A DNA stretch of 55,725 nt from Nostoc sp. DedSLP01 (GCA_034530875.2 JAVRCJ020000042.1:1-55725); one strand, 5' to 3'; numbered from the stretch's first letter, positions 24,055 through 34,575 are shown. Made by a program: numbers and translations. The notes: a model not told the origin generated them from the sequence alone.

Positions 24055-24963
24055 TTAAGGAATAGGAACCGAGCGCAATAATCGCTCAACAACAGTTCTA
24101 GAATTGCGCCCTCCTCTAGCAATGAGGCGATGGCAAATAACGTGAGGGACGAGAGTTTTTACATCATCAGGAATGGCATAATCACGCCCTAATAGAAAAG
24201 CTAGTGCTTGGGCAGCCCGTTGTAATGCCACTGTGCCACGAGGACTGACGCCAAGGGCGATTTCCTCATCTTGGCGCGTTGCCCGCACTAATTCGAGGAT
24301 GTACTGTTGCAACGAAGTTGCCACCCTAACTTGAGAGCAAAGAGAACGTAATTCCTGTAATTCTGCCAAGGTAATACAAGGCTGTAAATCGCCAAACTTT
24401 ACACCATTTTGGAGATTTTGCAGCATTTGTAGTTCTTCTGACTCAGAAGGATAGCCCAAACTCAAAGACAACATAAACCTATCCATTTGCGCTTCGGGCA
24501 GCGGAAAAGTACCTTGATATTCAATGGGGTTTTGAGTCGCAATTACAAAAAACGGTTGAGGAACTGCACGAGAGACACCATCCACTGTGACCTGATGTTC
24601 TTCCATAACTTCCAGCAAAGCTGACTGAGTGCGGGGTGTAGCGCGGTTAATTTCATCAGCTAGTAGCACATTGGCAAAGACTGGCCCCGGAAGAAAAGTA
24701 AATTCGCCGCTTTTTGGGTTCCAGATATTAGTACCAGTAATATCAGTCGGCAGTAAATCAGGGGTGCATTGTAGCCGTTGAAACTTGCCGTCTACCGAAC
24801 GAGCTAAAGATTTAGCAAGCAGCGTTTTGCCAACACCAGGAACATCTTCTAAGAGGGCATGACCACCAGCAAGTAAGGCGACTAGAACCAAGCGTATCGC
24901 CTCACTTTTACCAACGATAGTAAGAGTCAGATTTTGTGTTAAAGCGTCAATTTTTTCTCTCAT
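24055..24963 (-). CDS. MoxR family AAA+ ATPase
   Basis: EDVPGVGKT, QCTPDLLP.D, DEINRATPRTQSALLE, LPEAQMDRF; ATG at 24963 (upstream extension is STRR). Confidence 0.95.
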   Translation of the reverse strand: MREKIDALTQNLTLTIVGKSEAIRLVLVALLAGGHALLEDVPGVGKTLLAKSLARSVDGKFQRLQCTPDLLPTDITGTNIWNPKSGEFTFLPGPVFANVLLADEINRATPRTQSALLEVMEEHQVTVDGVSRAVPQPFFVIATQNPIEYQGTFPLPEAQMDRFMLSLSLGYPSESEELQMLQNLQNGVKFGDLQPCITLAELQELRSLCSQVRVATSLQQYILELVRATRQDEEIALGVSPRGTVALQRAAQALAFLLGRDYAIPDDVKTLVPHVICHRLIARGGRNSRTVVERLLRSVPIP

Positions 24964-25115
24964 GCAGCTTGGGGAGTGGGGAGTGGGGGCAGGGGAGGCA
25001 GGGGAGATGGGGAAGTGTGGGAAGTGTGGGAAGTGTGGGAAGTGTGGGGGGAAAGATTTCTTCCCCATCCTCCCACACCTCCCACACCTCTAATGCCCCA
25101 TGCCCAATGCCCTAT

Positions 25116-26195
25116 CTATTGTTCCCACTCAGCACTAAGAACTTCTCTAGCAACAATGCTATCGAGTTGAATTTGTGCTTTTAGGGCTTCGAGAGAAGGA
25201 AATTTTTGTTCGGGGCGTAAAAATTTGACTAGCTCTACAGCTAGTTTCTTACCATACAAATCACCAGACCAATCGAGTAGGTGTACTTCCACGGAGGCAG
25301 CAGCACCATTTACAGTTGGACGGTTACCGATATTCATGACGCCCAATATTTCAGTAGGAGAGACATCTGGGGTTTCACCTAGAAGGTAAACCCGGACAGC
25401 GTAGACTCCTTGGCGGGGCAAAAACTTTTCTTTTGGTAGCTGGAGGTTGGCGGTGGGAAAGCCAATAGTTCTGCCGAGTTGTTGTCCTTGAACGACTACA
25501 CCAAGGAGAGTGTAGGGGCGTCCTAGTAGCAGATTTGCGTTTTTGATGTCGCCTTCCTCAAGGGTTTGGCGAATCAATGAAGTGCTAATGCGGGCATCCT
25601 GAGTTGGAATACTACCGCTGCAACTGCTTTCGGTCGGCGAGTCACCTGTATAAGTTTGTAAGGGAACGATGGTAACGGGAATATTGTACTTGGCGGCGAG
25701 TAATTGTAAATCTTTAGCAGTACCACTGCGCTTTTTGCCAAAACAAAAATCTTCCCCAATACTAATTCGCTGGCATTGGAGTTGTTGGACAAGAATTTTT
25801 TCGACAAATTCTTCAGGGTTCAAAGCAGATAATTCTTTGTCGAAGGGTAATAATACAAGTTGTTCTACCCCAAGCGATCGCAATTGTTGGACTTTTTCAT
25901 CAAGTGGCGTTAACAAAGTCCGGGGTTGCCCCGTAAAAAACTCGTGTGGGTGAGGATCGAAGGTGACAACTGTCGAGTAAGTATATTGTTGATTTGTCAG
26001 TTGTTGATTTTCGTTAGGCTGTGGACTACTGACAACTGACAACTGACTACCAGCTTGCAATACTGGCTGAATTACCCTTTGATGACCAAGATGTACGCCA
26101 TCAAATTTGCCAAGTGCAACAGCAGTCGGCGTTAGTAGCCCTTCGGTCGAAGAAGCAACCCACACAGAACACCCATTTTGAGACAAATTTAGCAC
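25116..26195 (-). CDS. ribF: Bifunctional riboflavin kinase/FAD synthetase
   Basis: GKFDGVHLGHQ, TFDPHP, GRTIGFPTAN, NIGNRPTV, EVH. Confidence 0.96.
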   Translation of the reverse strand: MLNLSQNGCSVWVASSTEGLLTPTAVALGKFDGVHLGHQRVIQPVLQAGSQLSVVSSPQPNENQQLTNQQYTYSTVVTFDPHPHEFFTGQPRTLLTPLDEKVQQLRSLGVEQLVLLPFDKELSALNPEEFVEKILVQQLQCQRISIGEDFCFGKKRSGTAKDLQLLAAKYNIPVTIVPLQTYTGDSPTESSCSGSIPTQDARISTSLIRQTLEEGDIKNANLLLGRPYTLLGVVVQGQQLGRTIGFPTANLQLPKEKFLPRQGVYAVRVYLLGETPDVSPTEILGVMNIGNRPTVNGAAASVEVHLLDWSGDLYGKKLAVELVKFLRPEQKFPSLEALKAQIQLDSIVAREVLSAEWEQ

Positions 26196-26383
26196 GTGGA
26201 TTCTGAGATTTTAGGTTTATTTTAGCTATCAGTCATTAGTCATTAGTCATTAGTCATTAGTCATTAGTCATTGGTCATTAGTGAATAACCAATGCCCTAT
26301 GCCCTATGCCCTATGCCCTTTCCTGCTGAAAGCCTCCGATCGCCAATCTAATCTAAAATCTACAATTACTGCAATCGCAACCT

Positions 26384-27280
26384 TTAAACAGAAAACTTGC
26401 TAACAGGAAAAGATTCTGATAAGGGAACTGAGGTGGAAACTTGGAGTACGATGCCTTCCCGTGCCATAATTGCACCAGGAAACTTCGCCGCCGCTTGTTT
26501 GCCTACACGATCCAAAAAGTCATCATTGTGTGCCGGATCGTGGTGGTAAATCACCAAAGTTTTGACGTTAGCTGCTTGTGCCACTTTTACAGCTTCTTGC
26601 CAGGTAGAATGTCCCCAGCCAATTTTTGGGGATGTTGGCGAATGATATTCCTCGTCAGTGTAGGTGGAATCGTAAATTAGGATGTCGGCATTACGAGATA
26701 GCCAAAGCACATTATCGTCGAGTCGGTCGGGGAAATGTTCGGTATCGGTAATATAAACAGCAGCGCCATCGCGCCAGTTGACGCGATAGCCTATGGCTTC
26801 ACCTGGATGATTTAAAGGTGCTGTTTCGATGGTAATGTCATCAATATCTATTGGTTGCCCGGCTCGAATGTCATGGAAACTTAAATTGGCTTGCATAATC
26901 TGCAAGGGTACGGGAAAATTCGGGTGGAGCATTTGGTCGTTGAGGCGCTGTTCTATGGTAGAGCCATCAGGAGCGATCGCGCCGTAGATATGAAAGTCAT
27001 TCCCCTTAACAAATCCTGGAACAAAAAAGGGAAAACCCTGCATGTGATCCCAGTGAGAGTGGGTGAAAAATATATGAGCTTCTAACGGCATCTGGCGCAA
27101 TAATGATTGCCCCAAGACATGCAGTCCCGTACCACCATCAAAAATTAAGCGTTTACCGCCCACTTGCATCTCAACGCAAGGGGTATTACCGCCGTAACGA
27201 ACGGTGTGTGGCCCTGGACTGGGGATGCTGCCGCGAACCCCCCAAAATTGCACGGTAAATTGATTCTCTATCCTAGACAT
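26384..27280 (-). CDS. MBL-fold metallo-hydrolase
   Basis: FWGVRGSIP, YGGNTPC, THSHWDH, GWGHS, HHDP. Confidence 0.93.
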   Translation of the reverse strand: MSRIENQFTVQFWGVRGSIPSPGPHTVRYGGNTPCVEMQVGGKRLIFDGGTGLHVLGQSLLRQMPLEAHIFFTHSHWDHMQGFPFFVPGFVKGNDFHIYGAIAPDGSTIEQRLNDQMLHPNFPVPLQIMQANLSFHDIRAGQPIDIDDITIETAPLNHPGEAIGYRVNWRDGAAVYITDTEHFPDRLDDNVLWLSRNADILIYDSTYTDEEYHSPTSPKIGWGHSTWQEAVKVAQAANVKTLVIYHHDPAHNDDFLDRVGKQAAAKFPGAIMAREGIVLQVSTSVPLSESFPVSKFSV

Positions 27281-27578
27281 GGGTATTGTTTGCTGGACTG
27301 AGCGGGCGATAAATGAAAAAAATGTTACCTATTTGGTTTAAGTTTATGCTGTCTCACTGATTTTGTTCGGGGAAGGATTAGAGCCAAGATTTCTTGGTAA
27401 AACAGCATACCCTTTTTCTAACTGATTGTGTAAATGTCAACTATCTCTTCTAAACTAGAACTTTCCAGTTTTTAGAGCTTATGTGTATCCGTTATCTCAA
27501 GGGTGCCCCTACGTTATAGCCTACATTTTGCTCTGATGCATTTGATTAATTCCTGTTGTCTCTTAATTAATCAATAAT

Positions 27579-28376
27579 TCAGGGAAAGTTAAATTCCCAG
27601 TCAGACAATTTATCTAATCCGGTTGCGTAGGTGAGATTATATTGTAACGGAGTAATACTGATGTAGTTTTTACGTAGAACATGCACGTCTAATGGTACGT
27701 TTTGCGGCAGATTTAATCCCATTGGGGGTTCCACATCTTCAATTACTTCTCCAGTTAACCAGTAGTAGGTTTTTCCACGAGGATCGACTCGTTTATCAAA
27801 TACATCTATATATCGGCGTACTCCTTGACGGGTAAGAGTCACTCCAGCAATTTCTTCCCACTCAACAGCGGGAACATTGACATTAAGCAACATTAAATCT
27901 GGCAGTGATTTTTGAGCTAACTGGTCTAAGAGAATTTTGGCAAACTTAGCAGCAGGTTGAAAGTTTTTTGAGACATGGCTGGTGAGACTGATGGCTATAC
28001 TGGGAATGCCTTCAATTAGTCCTTCCATCGCCGCAGAAACAGTGCCAGAATACAAAATTTCTGTTCCCAAATTCGCCCCTTGATTGATGCCAGAGAGAAC
28101 AAAATCTGGGGGACTCTCTAGCAAAGCCCACAGCGCTAACTTGACGCAATCTGAAGGCGTGCCATCGCAAGCCCAAGCTTTGATGGCGGGATGAAAAATC
28201 GATTCTACAATTTCGGCGCGAATTGGTTGGTGCAAAGTTAATCCATGCCCAGTTGCCGATCGCTCTCGGTCTGGGCAAACTACAGTTACATCATGGCCTG
28301 CTTGGGCTAAGTGGTTAGCTAAGGTACGAATACCGACAGCAGAAATGCCATCATCGTTGCTAATTAGTAATTTCAT
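27579..28376 (-). CDS. surE: 5'/3'-nucleotidase SurE
   Basis: [33 protein letters not shown]. Confidence 0.97.
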   Translation of the reverse strand: MKLLISNDDGISAVGIRTLANHLAQAGHDVTVVCPDRERSATGHGLTLHQPIRAEIVESIFHPAIKAWACDGTPSDCVKLALWALLESPPDFVLSGINQGANLGTEILYSGTVSAAMEGLIEGIPSIAISLTSHVSKNFQPAAKFAKILLDQLAQKSLPDLMLLNVNVPAVEWEEIAGVTLTRQGVRRYIDVFDKRVDPRGKTYYWLTGEVIEDVEPPMGLNLPQNVPLDVHVLRKNYISITPLQYNLTYATGLDKLSDWEFNFP

Positions 28377-28650
28377 AGGTATCAGGCAAACAGAAAATTG
28401 GGCATAGGGTATTGGGTATTATTTGGTCATTTGTCATTTGTCTTTTGTTGGTTGTTGTTTGTCAATGACAGCCGTCACAACGAGGAGGAAAAAAATGTGC
28501 TCCCTTGGCTAATGGCATCTAAACTAGTAAAACAAGGGTAATTCTGGCTACTGCCTTTGGTTTAGCAATGGCATCTCACTAGAATTATTTTGTAAACAGT
28601 CCATAGCTCTGAACTATAGACTAATGACTATAGATAATGACTAATAACTA

Positions 28651-29643
28651 ATGACTAGCAATTTAGAAGCTCAACTTTTAGCACTGCGGCATCAAGGAGA
28701 ACAAGCGATCGCCGCCGCTGATACCCTAGAACGTCTAGAAGAACTCAGAGTTAGCTATCTGGGCAAAAAAGGAGAACTCGGGGCGCTGTTGCGAAGTATG
28801 GGGCAGCTGAGTGCAGAGGAGAGACCGGTAATTGGCGCGATCGCCAATACAGTCAAAGAATCCCTGCAAACTAGTCTAGATCGGCAACGTGCCGCCCTGG
28901 AAGCCGCACAAATTCGCTCTCAGTTAGAGGCTGAGACTCTGGATGTGAGTATGCCGGGAATTTACCGCCCCCAAGGTCGCATTCATCCCCTCAATGGAAT
29001 CATTGACCGGGCGCTGGATATCTTTGTCGGCATGGGTTACACCGTGGCTCAAGGGCCAGAGATGGAAACAGATTACTACAATTTCGAGGCGCTGAATACT
29101 CCGCCCGACCATCCAGCGCGTGATATGCAAGATACTTTTTACCTGCCAGACGGCAATCTTCTTAGGACTCATACATCTTCAGTGCAAATTCGCTACATGG
29201 AAAGAGAGGAACCACCAATTCGGGTTGTAGCTCCAGGGCGAGTTTATCGGCGAGATAATGTAGATGCTACTCACTCAGCAGTTTTCCATCAAATAGAACT
29301 TTTAGCCATTGATGAGGGATTAACTTTTACAGACCTCAAAGGCACAATTAAGGTATTTTTACAATCAATATTTGGCGATTTACCGATTCGTTTCCGTGCC
29401 AGTTATTTCCCATTTACCGAACCTTCTGCGGAAGTAGATTTGCAGTGGAATGGTCGCTGGCTGGAAGTTATGGGCTGCGGTATGGTCGATCCAAATGTCC
29501 TGAAAGCTGTGGGTTACGATCCAGAAATTTATACTGGGTTTGCTGCCGGTTTTGGTGTAGAACGCTTTGCAATGGTATTACATCAAATTGATGATATTCG
29601 TCGTTTGTATGCCAGCGATTTGCGATTTTTGCAGCAATTTTAA
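28651..29643 (+). CDS. pheS: Phenylalanine-tRNA ligase alpha subunit
   Basis: [35 protein letters not shown]. Confidence 0.99.
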   Translation: MTSNLEAQLLALRHQGEQAIAAADTLERLEELRVSYLGKKGELGALLRSMGQLSAEERPVIGAIANTVKESLQTSLDRQRAALEAAQIRSQLEAETLDVSMPGIYRPQGRIHPLNGIIDRALDIFVGMGYTVAQGPEMETDYYNFEALNTPPDHPARDMQDTFYLPDGNLLRTHTSSVQIRYMEREEPPIRVVAPGRVYRRDNVDATHSAVFHQIELLAIDEGLTFTDLKGTIKVFLQSIFGDLPIRFRASYFPFTEPSAEVDLQWNGRWLEVMGCGMVDPNVLKAVGYDPEIYTGFAAGFGVERFAMVLHQIDDIRRLYASDLRFLQQF

Positions 29644-29686
29644 GCATACATAATAATTAGTACTGCTAGCAAGGTAACAATAAATA

Positions 29687-29902
29687 ATGACCCAATTTTC
29701 GAGGTTAGATCGAGTTTTAGAAAGCGTCGAAGACTTATCAATAGATGAGCAAGAAACATTAATCGAGCTGATACGTCATCGGTTGGCAGAAAGGCGACGT
29801 TCTGAAATTGCTGCTAATATCGCTCAAGCACAGGTAGAATACCAAACGGGTAAAGTCTTTCGTGGTACAGTTACTCAAATAATGGATGAGCTACGCAAGT
29901 GA
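29687..29902 (+). CDS. Probable antitoxin
   Basis: 71-aa protein with a GTGA overlap into the downstream toxin. Confidence 0.75.
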   Translation: MTQFSRLDRVLESVEDLSIDEQETLIELIRHRLAERRRSEIAANIAQAQVEYQTGKVFRGTVTQIMDELRK

Positions 29903-30183
29903 GAACTGTAGTTCTGGCATCATCGTTTAAACGAGCATTTAAGCGATTGGTAGGACGACAGCCACAATTAGAAGAACGAATTCAGGAGCGGTTAGCACTA
30001 CTAACCGCCGATCCTTTCCATCTACTGTTGCAGACCCATAAACTCAAAGGCAAGCTGTCTGGAGCTTGGGGATGTTCAGTGGATTATGATTGTCGCATTG
30101 TCTTTAATTTTGTGCAAAATATAGAATCTGGTGAAGAGGAAATTTTGCTAATTGATATCGGCACTCATGATGAAGTTTACTAA
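29899..30183 (+). CDS. Type II TA toxin, RelE/StbE-YafQ mRNA interferase family
   Basis: SFKRAFK, HKLKGKL, CSVDYDCRIVF, DIGTHDEVY. Confidence 0.9.
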   Translation: MRTVVLASSFKRAFKRLVGRQPQLEERIQERLALLTADPFHLLLQTHKLKGKLSGAWGCSVDYDCRIVFNFVQNIESGEEEILLIDIGTHDEVY

Positions 30184-30267
30184 ATTTTCAGTGCTGCTAT
30201 ATTGTTTTTCTACTAATGAATTTTGGATTTGGCATTGAATAATTCAAAATTCGCACCATGTAACCTG

Positions 30268-30339
30268 ATGAAGCTGGCTTGTGATGAAAAGAAACGGTAA
30301 TCAAATTTGAACAAAAACGGGTTTGATTTCATGATTGAT
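30268..30339 (+). pseudogene. BrnT-like toxin N-terminal remnant
   Basis: ATG at 30268 reads MKLACDEKKR*SNLNKNGFDFMID, compared with the BrnT pattern M.F.WDE.K...N..KHG.DF; internal stop, truncated. Confidence 0.55.
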
Positions 30340-30397
30340 ACTTAGACCATGCAAGATTGAAGTAAACTATTGAGTAAGTAACTCCTGTTTATGGTGT

Positions 30398-30985
30398 ATG
30401 ACTGCAATTAATAGTAAACATCTAACACTTGAGGAGTATTTGAAGTATGACGATGGCACAGATAGGCAGTATGAACTGGTGGCAGGTGAGTTAGTTGCAA
30501 TGCCACCCGAAAGCCCCAAAAATATTCAGATATCTCTATTTGTGCTGGTAAATTTCCTCAAGTTTGTTCCGATTAATCGGTTGAGTAATAAAGTTGAAAT
30601 TGTTGTGGCTGGTTCTCGTGCAACAACTCGCATTCCTGACTTAGTTGTGCTGACAGATGAACTGGCAATAATTTTAGAAGGCGCAACACGGTCTACGGTA
30701 ACTTTGGATATGCCACCTCCAGCATTAGTTGTCGAAGTAGTTTCTCCTGGCAAAGCTAACGAAGACCGGGACTATCGCTACAAACGTTCCGAGTATGCTG
30801 CAAGAGGAATTGCTGAATATTGGATTGTCGATCCACAAAGGGACATAATTACTGTACTGGTATTAGTTGATGGGCTTTATGAAGAAACTAGATTTTCCGG
30901 AAATACAGCCATAGTTTCTACCATCTTAAGAGAATTACAGCTAACCGCAGAGCAAGTACTCAAAGCTGGAGATAGCAATATTTAG
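30398..30985 (+). CDS. Uma2 family (PD-(D/E)xK) putative endonuclease
   Basis: LTLEEYL, YELVAG, RIPD, LVVEVVSPG, RDY..KR.EYAARGI.EYWIVDP. Confidence 0.92.
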   Translation: MTAINSKHLTLEEYLKYDDGTDRQYELVAGELVAMPPESPKNIQISLFVLVNFLKFVPINRLSNKVEIVVAGSRATTRIPDLVVLTDELAIILEGATRSTVTLDMPPPALVVEVVSPGKANEDRDYRYKRSEYAARGIAEYWIVDPQRDIITVLVLVDGLYEETRFSGNTAIVSTILRELQLTAEQVLKAGDSNI

Positions 30986-31169
30986 AAGGTAGATAGAGGA
31001 AGAGATTTGAGAGGTGCGATCGCACAATTTTATTGGGAGCTTATAGTTATCTCAATAGATTTAAGATGAGTCAGTTTAATAATATCATTTAAGCTTTTTT
31101 CTTATTTGTGTTTCAGCATTTTATTAAGTTACTTATAGTAGAGTAATTTAAGTGTAGTGGTGAAATTAA

Positions 31170-31592
31170 ATGAAGTATGATGCAAGTCAAATAAAGGTAA
31201 TAAATATACCTCAACTAGAACAGCTAAAAGATCGAAAGTGCTGCCGAACATACGTTTATCGCTTCACTGATACATTGCCTGAACAAAATATTATTGACGA
31301 AATTGCAAAAAGCTTGGAGAAAAGATTCACATTTTCAAAGGAAGTATATGAGATTCCTGAAGATGTTGAAATTTGTGCATCTATTGTTATAGAGCGTTTA
31401 CAAGATGACGAAGCCAGGGTTTGTGTTTTGACAGACCAACCGGAAGAATCTTGCGTTTACATTTTTGGGATACGTACTCTGCCGTGCAAAATTGAAGAAA
31501 GGTTTGGAATTCTACAGTCGATTCAGGGGGAACAGCGAGAGAATTGGATTGATAAAAGTGCGATCGCACCCAATCCCGCAAAACAGGAATAA
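31170..31592 (+). CDS. Hypothetical protein in a HIP1-bounded cassette
   Basis: 140-aa ORF with ATG; no family recognised. Confidence 0.65.
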   Translation: MKYDASQIKVINIPQLEQLKDRKCCRTYVYRFTDTLPEQNIIDEIAKSLEKRFTFSKEVYEIPEDVEICASIVIERLQDDEARVCVLTDQPEESCVYIFGIRTLPCKIEERFGILQSIQGEQRENWIDKSAIAPNPAKQE

Positions 31593-31684
31593 TCAACTCT
31601 GGTGTTTCCCACAGTAAACTCCTTGGCGTCTAAGCTTACCAGATTAAAAATATTAGTAAATTATATTAACCACCTTTTGAGACT

Positions 31685-31774
31685 TTATTTAACTATTCCT
31701 GAATGATCTGGAATATCTGCCAAAGGTTCAAATCTGCCACCTAAGTATTTAGCAAGAAACTCTTGGGCGATCGC
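31685..31774 (-). repeat. Duplicated 3' end of the S9 peptidase gene (copy of 32575-32664)
   Basis: 86/90 nt identical by manual alignment at offset 890; includes the stop codon and ends in GCGATCGC. Confidence 0.92.
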
Positions 31775-31877
31775 ATCTTTTAATTAAACGATTTTCTAGT
31801 CTGAAAAATCAGCCTGCTACTAACAAAAATTATTGGTAAACTAGAGGCTACGCCAGTTCTATTGAATGATTTATTTT

Positions 31878-32171
31878 ATGTTTGCTGAAACCTGCTCTCG
31901 CTACGTTACCCGTAACGCTGAAATTTTAAGTGGAGAGCCAATTATTATAGGTACTCGGACATCTGTTCGTGCCATTGTCGGTTTGTGGCGATTGGGGATT
32001 ATGCCAGAAGAAATCCTCAGCCATTTGCCACACCTGACCCTGGCACAAGTGTTTGATGCCTTAAGTTTTTATCTCGATCATCAAACAGAGATTAATGAAT
32101 ACATTGAACGGAATCGAGTACCAGATGAATTAATACATCCATCTGTAAAAGCTATATTGGGCACATCATGA
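31878..32171 (+). CDS. DUF433 family protein (putative antitoxin)
   Basis: EILSGEPII.GTR..V, EEIL...PHLTLAQVFDALSFY. Confidence 0.9.
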   Translation: MFAETCSRYVTRNAEILSGEPIIIGTRTSVRAIVGLWRLGIMPEEILSHLPHLTLAQVFDALSFYLDHQTEINEYIERNRVPDELIHPSVKAILGTS

Positions 32172-32512
32172 CAGTTTGTGCTGCACTTTACAGCGATGAA
32201 GATATGTCAGCGTTAGTTGCTACCTTATTGCGCTCCCGTGGTTTAGATATTACAACTGTTGCCGAACAAGCAACCCTCGGCAAAAACGATCGCGAGCAAC
32301 TTGAATTTGCAACTTCTGTTGGTAGATGTATTCTCACACATAACCGTATCGATTTTGAGCGTTTGCATCTCCAGTATATAGAGGAGAACAAAGAACATTT
32401 TGGTATTATAGTTGTGCCTCAGAAAAACGCTTATGAAGTCGCCCAACGAATTGGTATTCTGGTAAGCTCACTAACGGCTAATGAAATTAGGAATCAATTG
32501 TTGTATGCATGA
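32168..32512 (+). CDS. DUF5615 family PIN-like protein (putative toxin)
   Basis: LYSDEDM, D.EQLEFA...GR.ILTHN..DF, H.GII; ATGA overlap with DUF433. Confidence 0.88.
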   Translation: MTVCAALYSDEDMSALVATLLRSRGLDITTVAEQATLGKNDREQLEFATSVGRCILTHNRIDFERLHLQYIEENKEHFGIIVVPQKNAYEVAQRIGILVSSLTANEIRNQLLYA

Positions 32513-32536
32513 ATCCTTGCAAATTAAAAATATTAA

Positions 32537-32563
32537 GGTGGTTAGTGAATTACACTAACCACC
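32537..32563. terminator. Hairpin terminator between convergent genes
   Basis: ggtggttagtg-aatta-cactaaccacc. Confidence 0.75.
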
Positions 32564-32574
32564 ATTTTGAGATT

Positions 32575-34464
32575 TTATTTAACTATTCCTGAATGACCTG
32601 GAATATCTGCCAAAGGTTCAAATCTGCCACCTAAATATTTAGCAAGAAACTCTTCAGCGATCGCAAAAAAATGCAAGCGGTTTTCTGGTCTAGCAAAACC
32701 ATGTCCTTCATCGGGGTAAAGTACATATTCCACTGGTAAACCAGCTTGTTGCATTGCGTTAACAATTTGGTCGCTTTCTGCTTGTTTCACCCGCGGATCG
32801 TTTGCACCTTGACCGATGAGTAAAGGTTTTTGAATTTTGTCAATGAAAAATAAAGGCGATCGCGATTTCAAAAACTCTTCTTGTGTCTCTAAATTACCAA
32901 TACGATGATATAAGCTTGCCTTGAGTGGTTCCCAATAAGGCGGTATAGTTTGAATCAAAGTAATCAAGTTACTGGGGCCGACAATATCCACGCCAGCAGC
33001 AAAAACTTCTGGTGTAAAAGTCAACCCCACCAAAGTTGCGTAACCACCATAAGAACCGCCCATAATTGCAATCTTTTGGCGGTCAGAAATGCCTTTTTCT
33101 AGTAGCCAGTTCACAGCATCAATTAAATCATCGTGCATTTTGCCTGCCCATTCTCGGTTTCCAGCATTCAAGAACGCCTTACCGTAACCAGTGGAACCTC
33201 GAAAATTTACTTGCAAAACAGCATAACCCCGGTTAGCTAGCCATTGTGCTTGCGAGTTGAAGCCCCAGCGATCGCGCGCCCAAGGGCCGCCGTGAACCAG
33301 CAGTACTGTTGGTAAATTCTGGCTAGGTATTCCCACAGGAGTGGTTAGGTAACCGTGAATAGTTAAACCATCCCGCGCCTCATAAGAAATTGGTTGTATT
33401 GAAGCTAACTGCAACCCATCAAGTTTGGGTTGGTTACTAAAGAGGAAAGTGCTAGTTTTTGATTCTCGGTTGTAGGCATAGTAATAAACTGGGCCATCGT
33501 CAGTGTTGTAAGCCACTAGCCAGTTTTTATCTTCTAAGTCGCGGCTAATTATGGAGAACTCCCCAGAACGTACTTTGGCAATCTCTTCAAAATCAGCAGC
33601 AATACTCTGGTCAATTACCTGCCATTCCTGTTTGTCTTTGTAGAAAGAAACTGCTTGGATAACTCGTGTCACTGGATGAATCTCTATGCCGACAATATCG
33701 TATTGCTCATCTTGGGCAATGACAGTTTCTTGACGAGTATCTAAGTCAATAGCTAACAAGCGTTCGGCATTAGCATCATGATTGGCTTCGATATAAAGTG
33801 TTTTACCATCAGCCGAAAAGCTAACAGGACCTCCTTCTTCTTCTGGCCCCCAGTGGCGAAGAATTTCCCATTGTTTATCCCTGGTTTCCCGGAATAATAA
33901 ATCATCACCACCGTCAGGGGTAGTAGCTCTTGCTGCACGTATTTGGAAATTAGCATCAGGTGTCCAGCTAACAACGTTACCAGGGTTGTCAGTGTCAAAC
34001 TCCACCGCACCATTTTTTAAGTTGATGCGGTAAACGTCGAACTTTTGGGGATTGTTCAAGTTCAAACCTACCAGTACTTGGTCTGGAAATTTAGGTTCTA
34101 CTTCCACTAAGCCTACTTTTACACCTTGAAATGGTGTTAAATCGCGGACAATTTTTGACTCAATATTGACTAAGTAGAGGTGAAAATTTTCATCACCGTC
34201 TGAGTCCTGCATGTAAATCAACTCATTGGGGTTATGAGTCCAAAAGAAAACGCGGATACCACGTTTTTTGTCAGCAGTTAATATTTGGTCATCTTCTTGT
34301 CCCACAGTTCGCAACCATACCTGCAAGATATTTTGTTCGTTGGGGGCGATATATGCCAAATACTTGCCATCAGGTGAGAGTCTTGGGCTAGTTTTTTCAG
34401 GATTTCCAAACAGAATTTCGCGCGGAATCAATGGTGGTAGTGAGGTTGCTGTTGCGGATGACAT
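32575..34464 (-). CDS. S9 family serine peptidase (prolyl oligopeptidase/acylaminoacyl peptidase-like)
   Basis: Beta-propeller N-terminus, HGGPW, GGSYGG, GANDPRV, DEGHGF. Confidence 0.95.
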   Translation of the reverse strand: MSSATATSLPPLIPREILFGNPEKTSPRLSPDGKYLAYIAPNEQNILQVWLRTVGQEDDQILTADKKRGIRVFFWTHNPNELIYMQDSDGDENFHLYLVNIESKIVRDLTPFQGVKVGLVEVEPKFPDQVLVGLNLNNPQKFDVYRINLKNGAVEFDTDNPGNVVSWTPDANFQIRAARATTPDGGDDLLFRETRDKQWEILRHWGPEEEGGPVSFSADGKTLYIEANHDANAERLLAIDLDTRQETVIAQDEQYDIVGIEIHPVTRVIQAVSFYKDKQEWQVIDQSIAADFEEIAKVRSGEFSIISRDLEDKNWLVAYNTDDGPVYYYAYNRESKTSTFLFSNQPKLDGLQLASIQPISYEARDGLTIHGYLTTPVGIPSQNLPTVLLVHGGPWARDRWGFNSQAQWLANRGYAVLQVNFRGSTGYGKAFLNAGNREWAGKMHDDLIDAVNWLLEKGISDRQKIAIMGGSYGGYATLVGLTFTPEVFAAGVDIVGPSNLITLIQTIPPYWEPLKASLYHRIGNLETQEEFLKSRSPLFFIDKIQKPLLIGQGANDPRVKQAESDQIVNAMQQAGLPVEYVLYPDEGHGFARPENRLHFFAIAEEFLAKYLGGRFEPLADIPGHSGIVK

Positions 34465-34575
34465 ATTTTTATTCTCTAATTGGGGAATAATTCGTAATTG
34501 ACTATCTTTAATTTAGACAAGTTGTTTGTAGGGTAGGTATTATTTCCAGTCTAGCGTGGTCGTTTACTTGTAAAT

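Noticed and set aside
24964..25184. N-terminal extension of MoxR and ORFs reading PHFPHF/WEVWEV/GSVGSV (also at 4621-4894, 8315-8536, 22241-22441, 18555-18614)
   Set aside because: Translations of STRR tandem repeats, which lack stops in several frames; no protein family signal.
28511..28582. Direct repeat AATGGCATCT(A/C)..CTAG upstream of pheS as a T-box or attenuator
   Set aside because: No T-box motif or Phe-rich leader peptide seen; two short copies are not enough to support a function.
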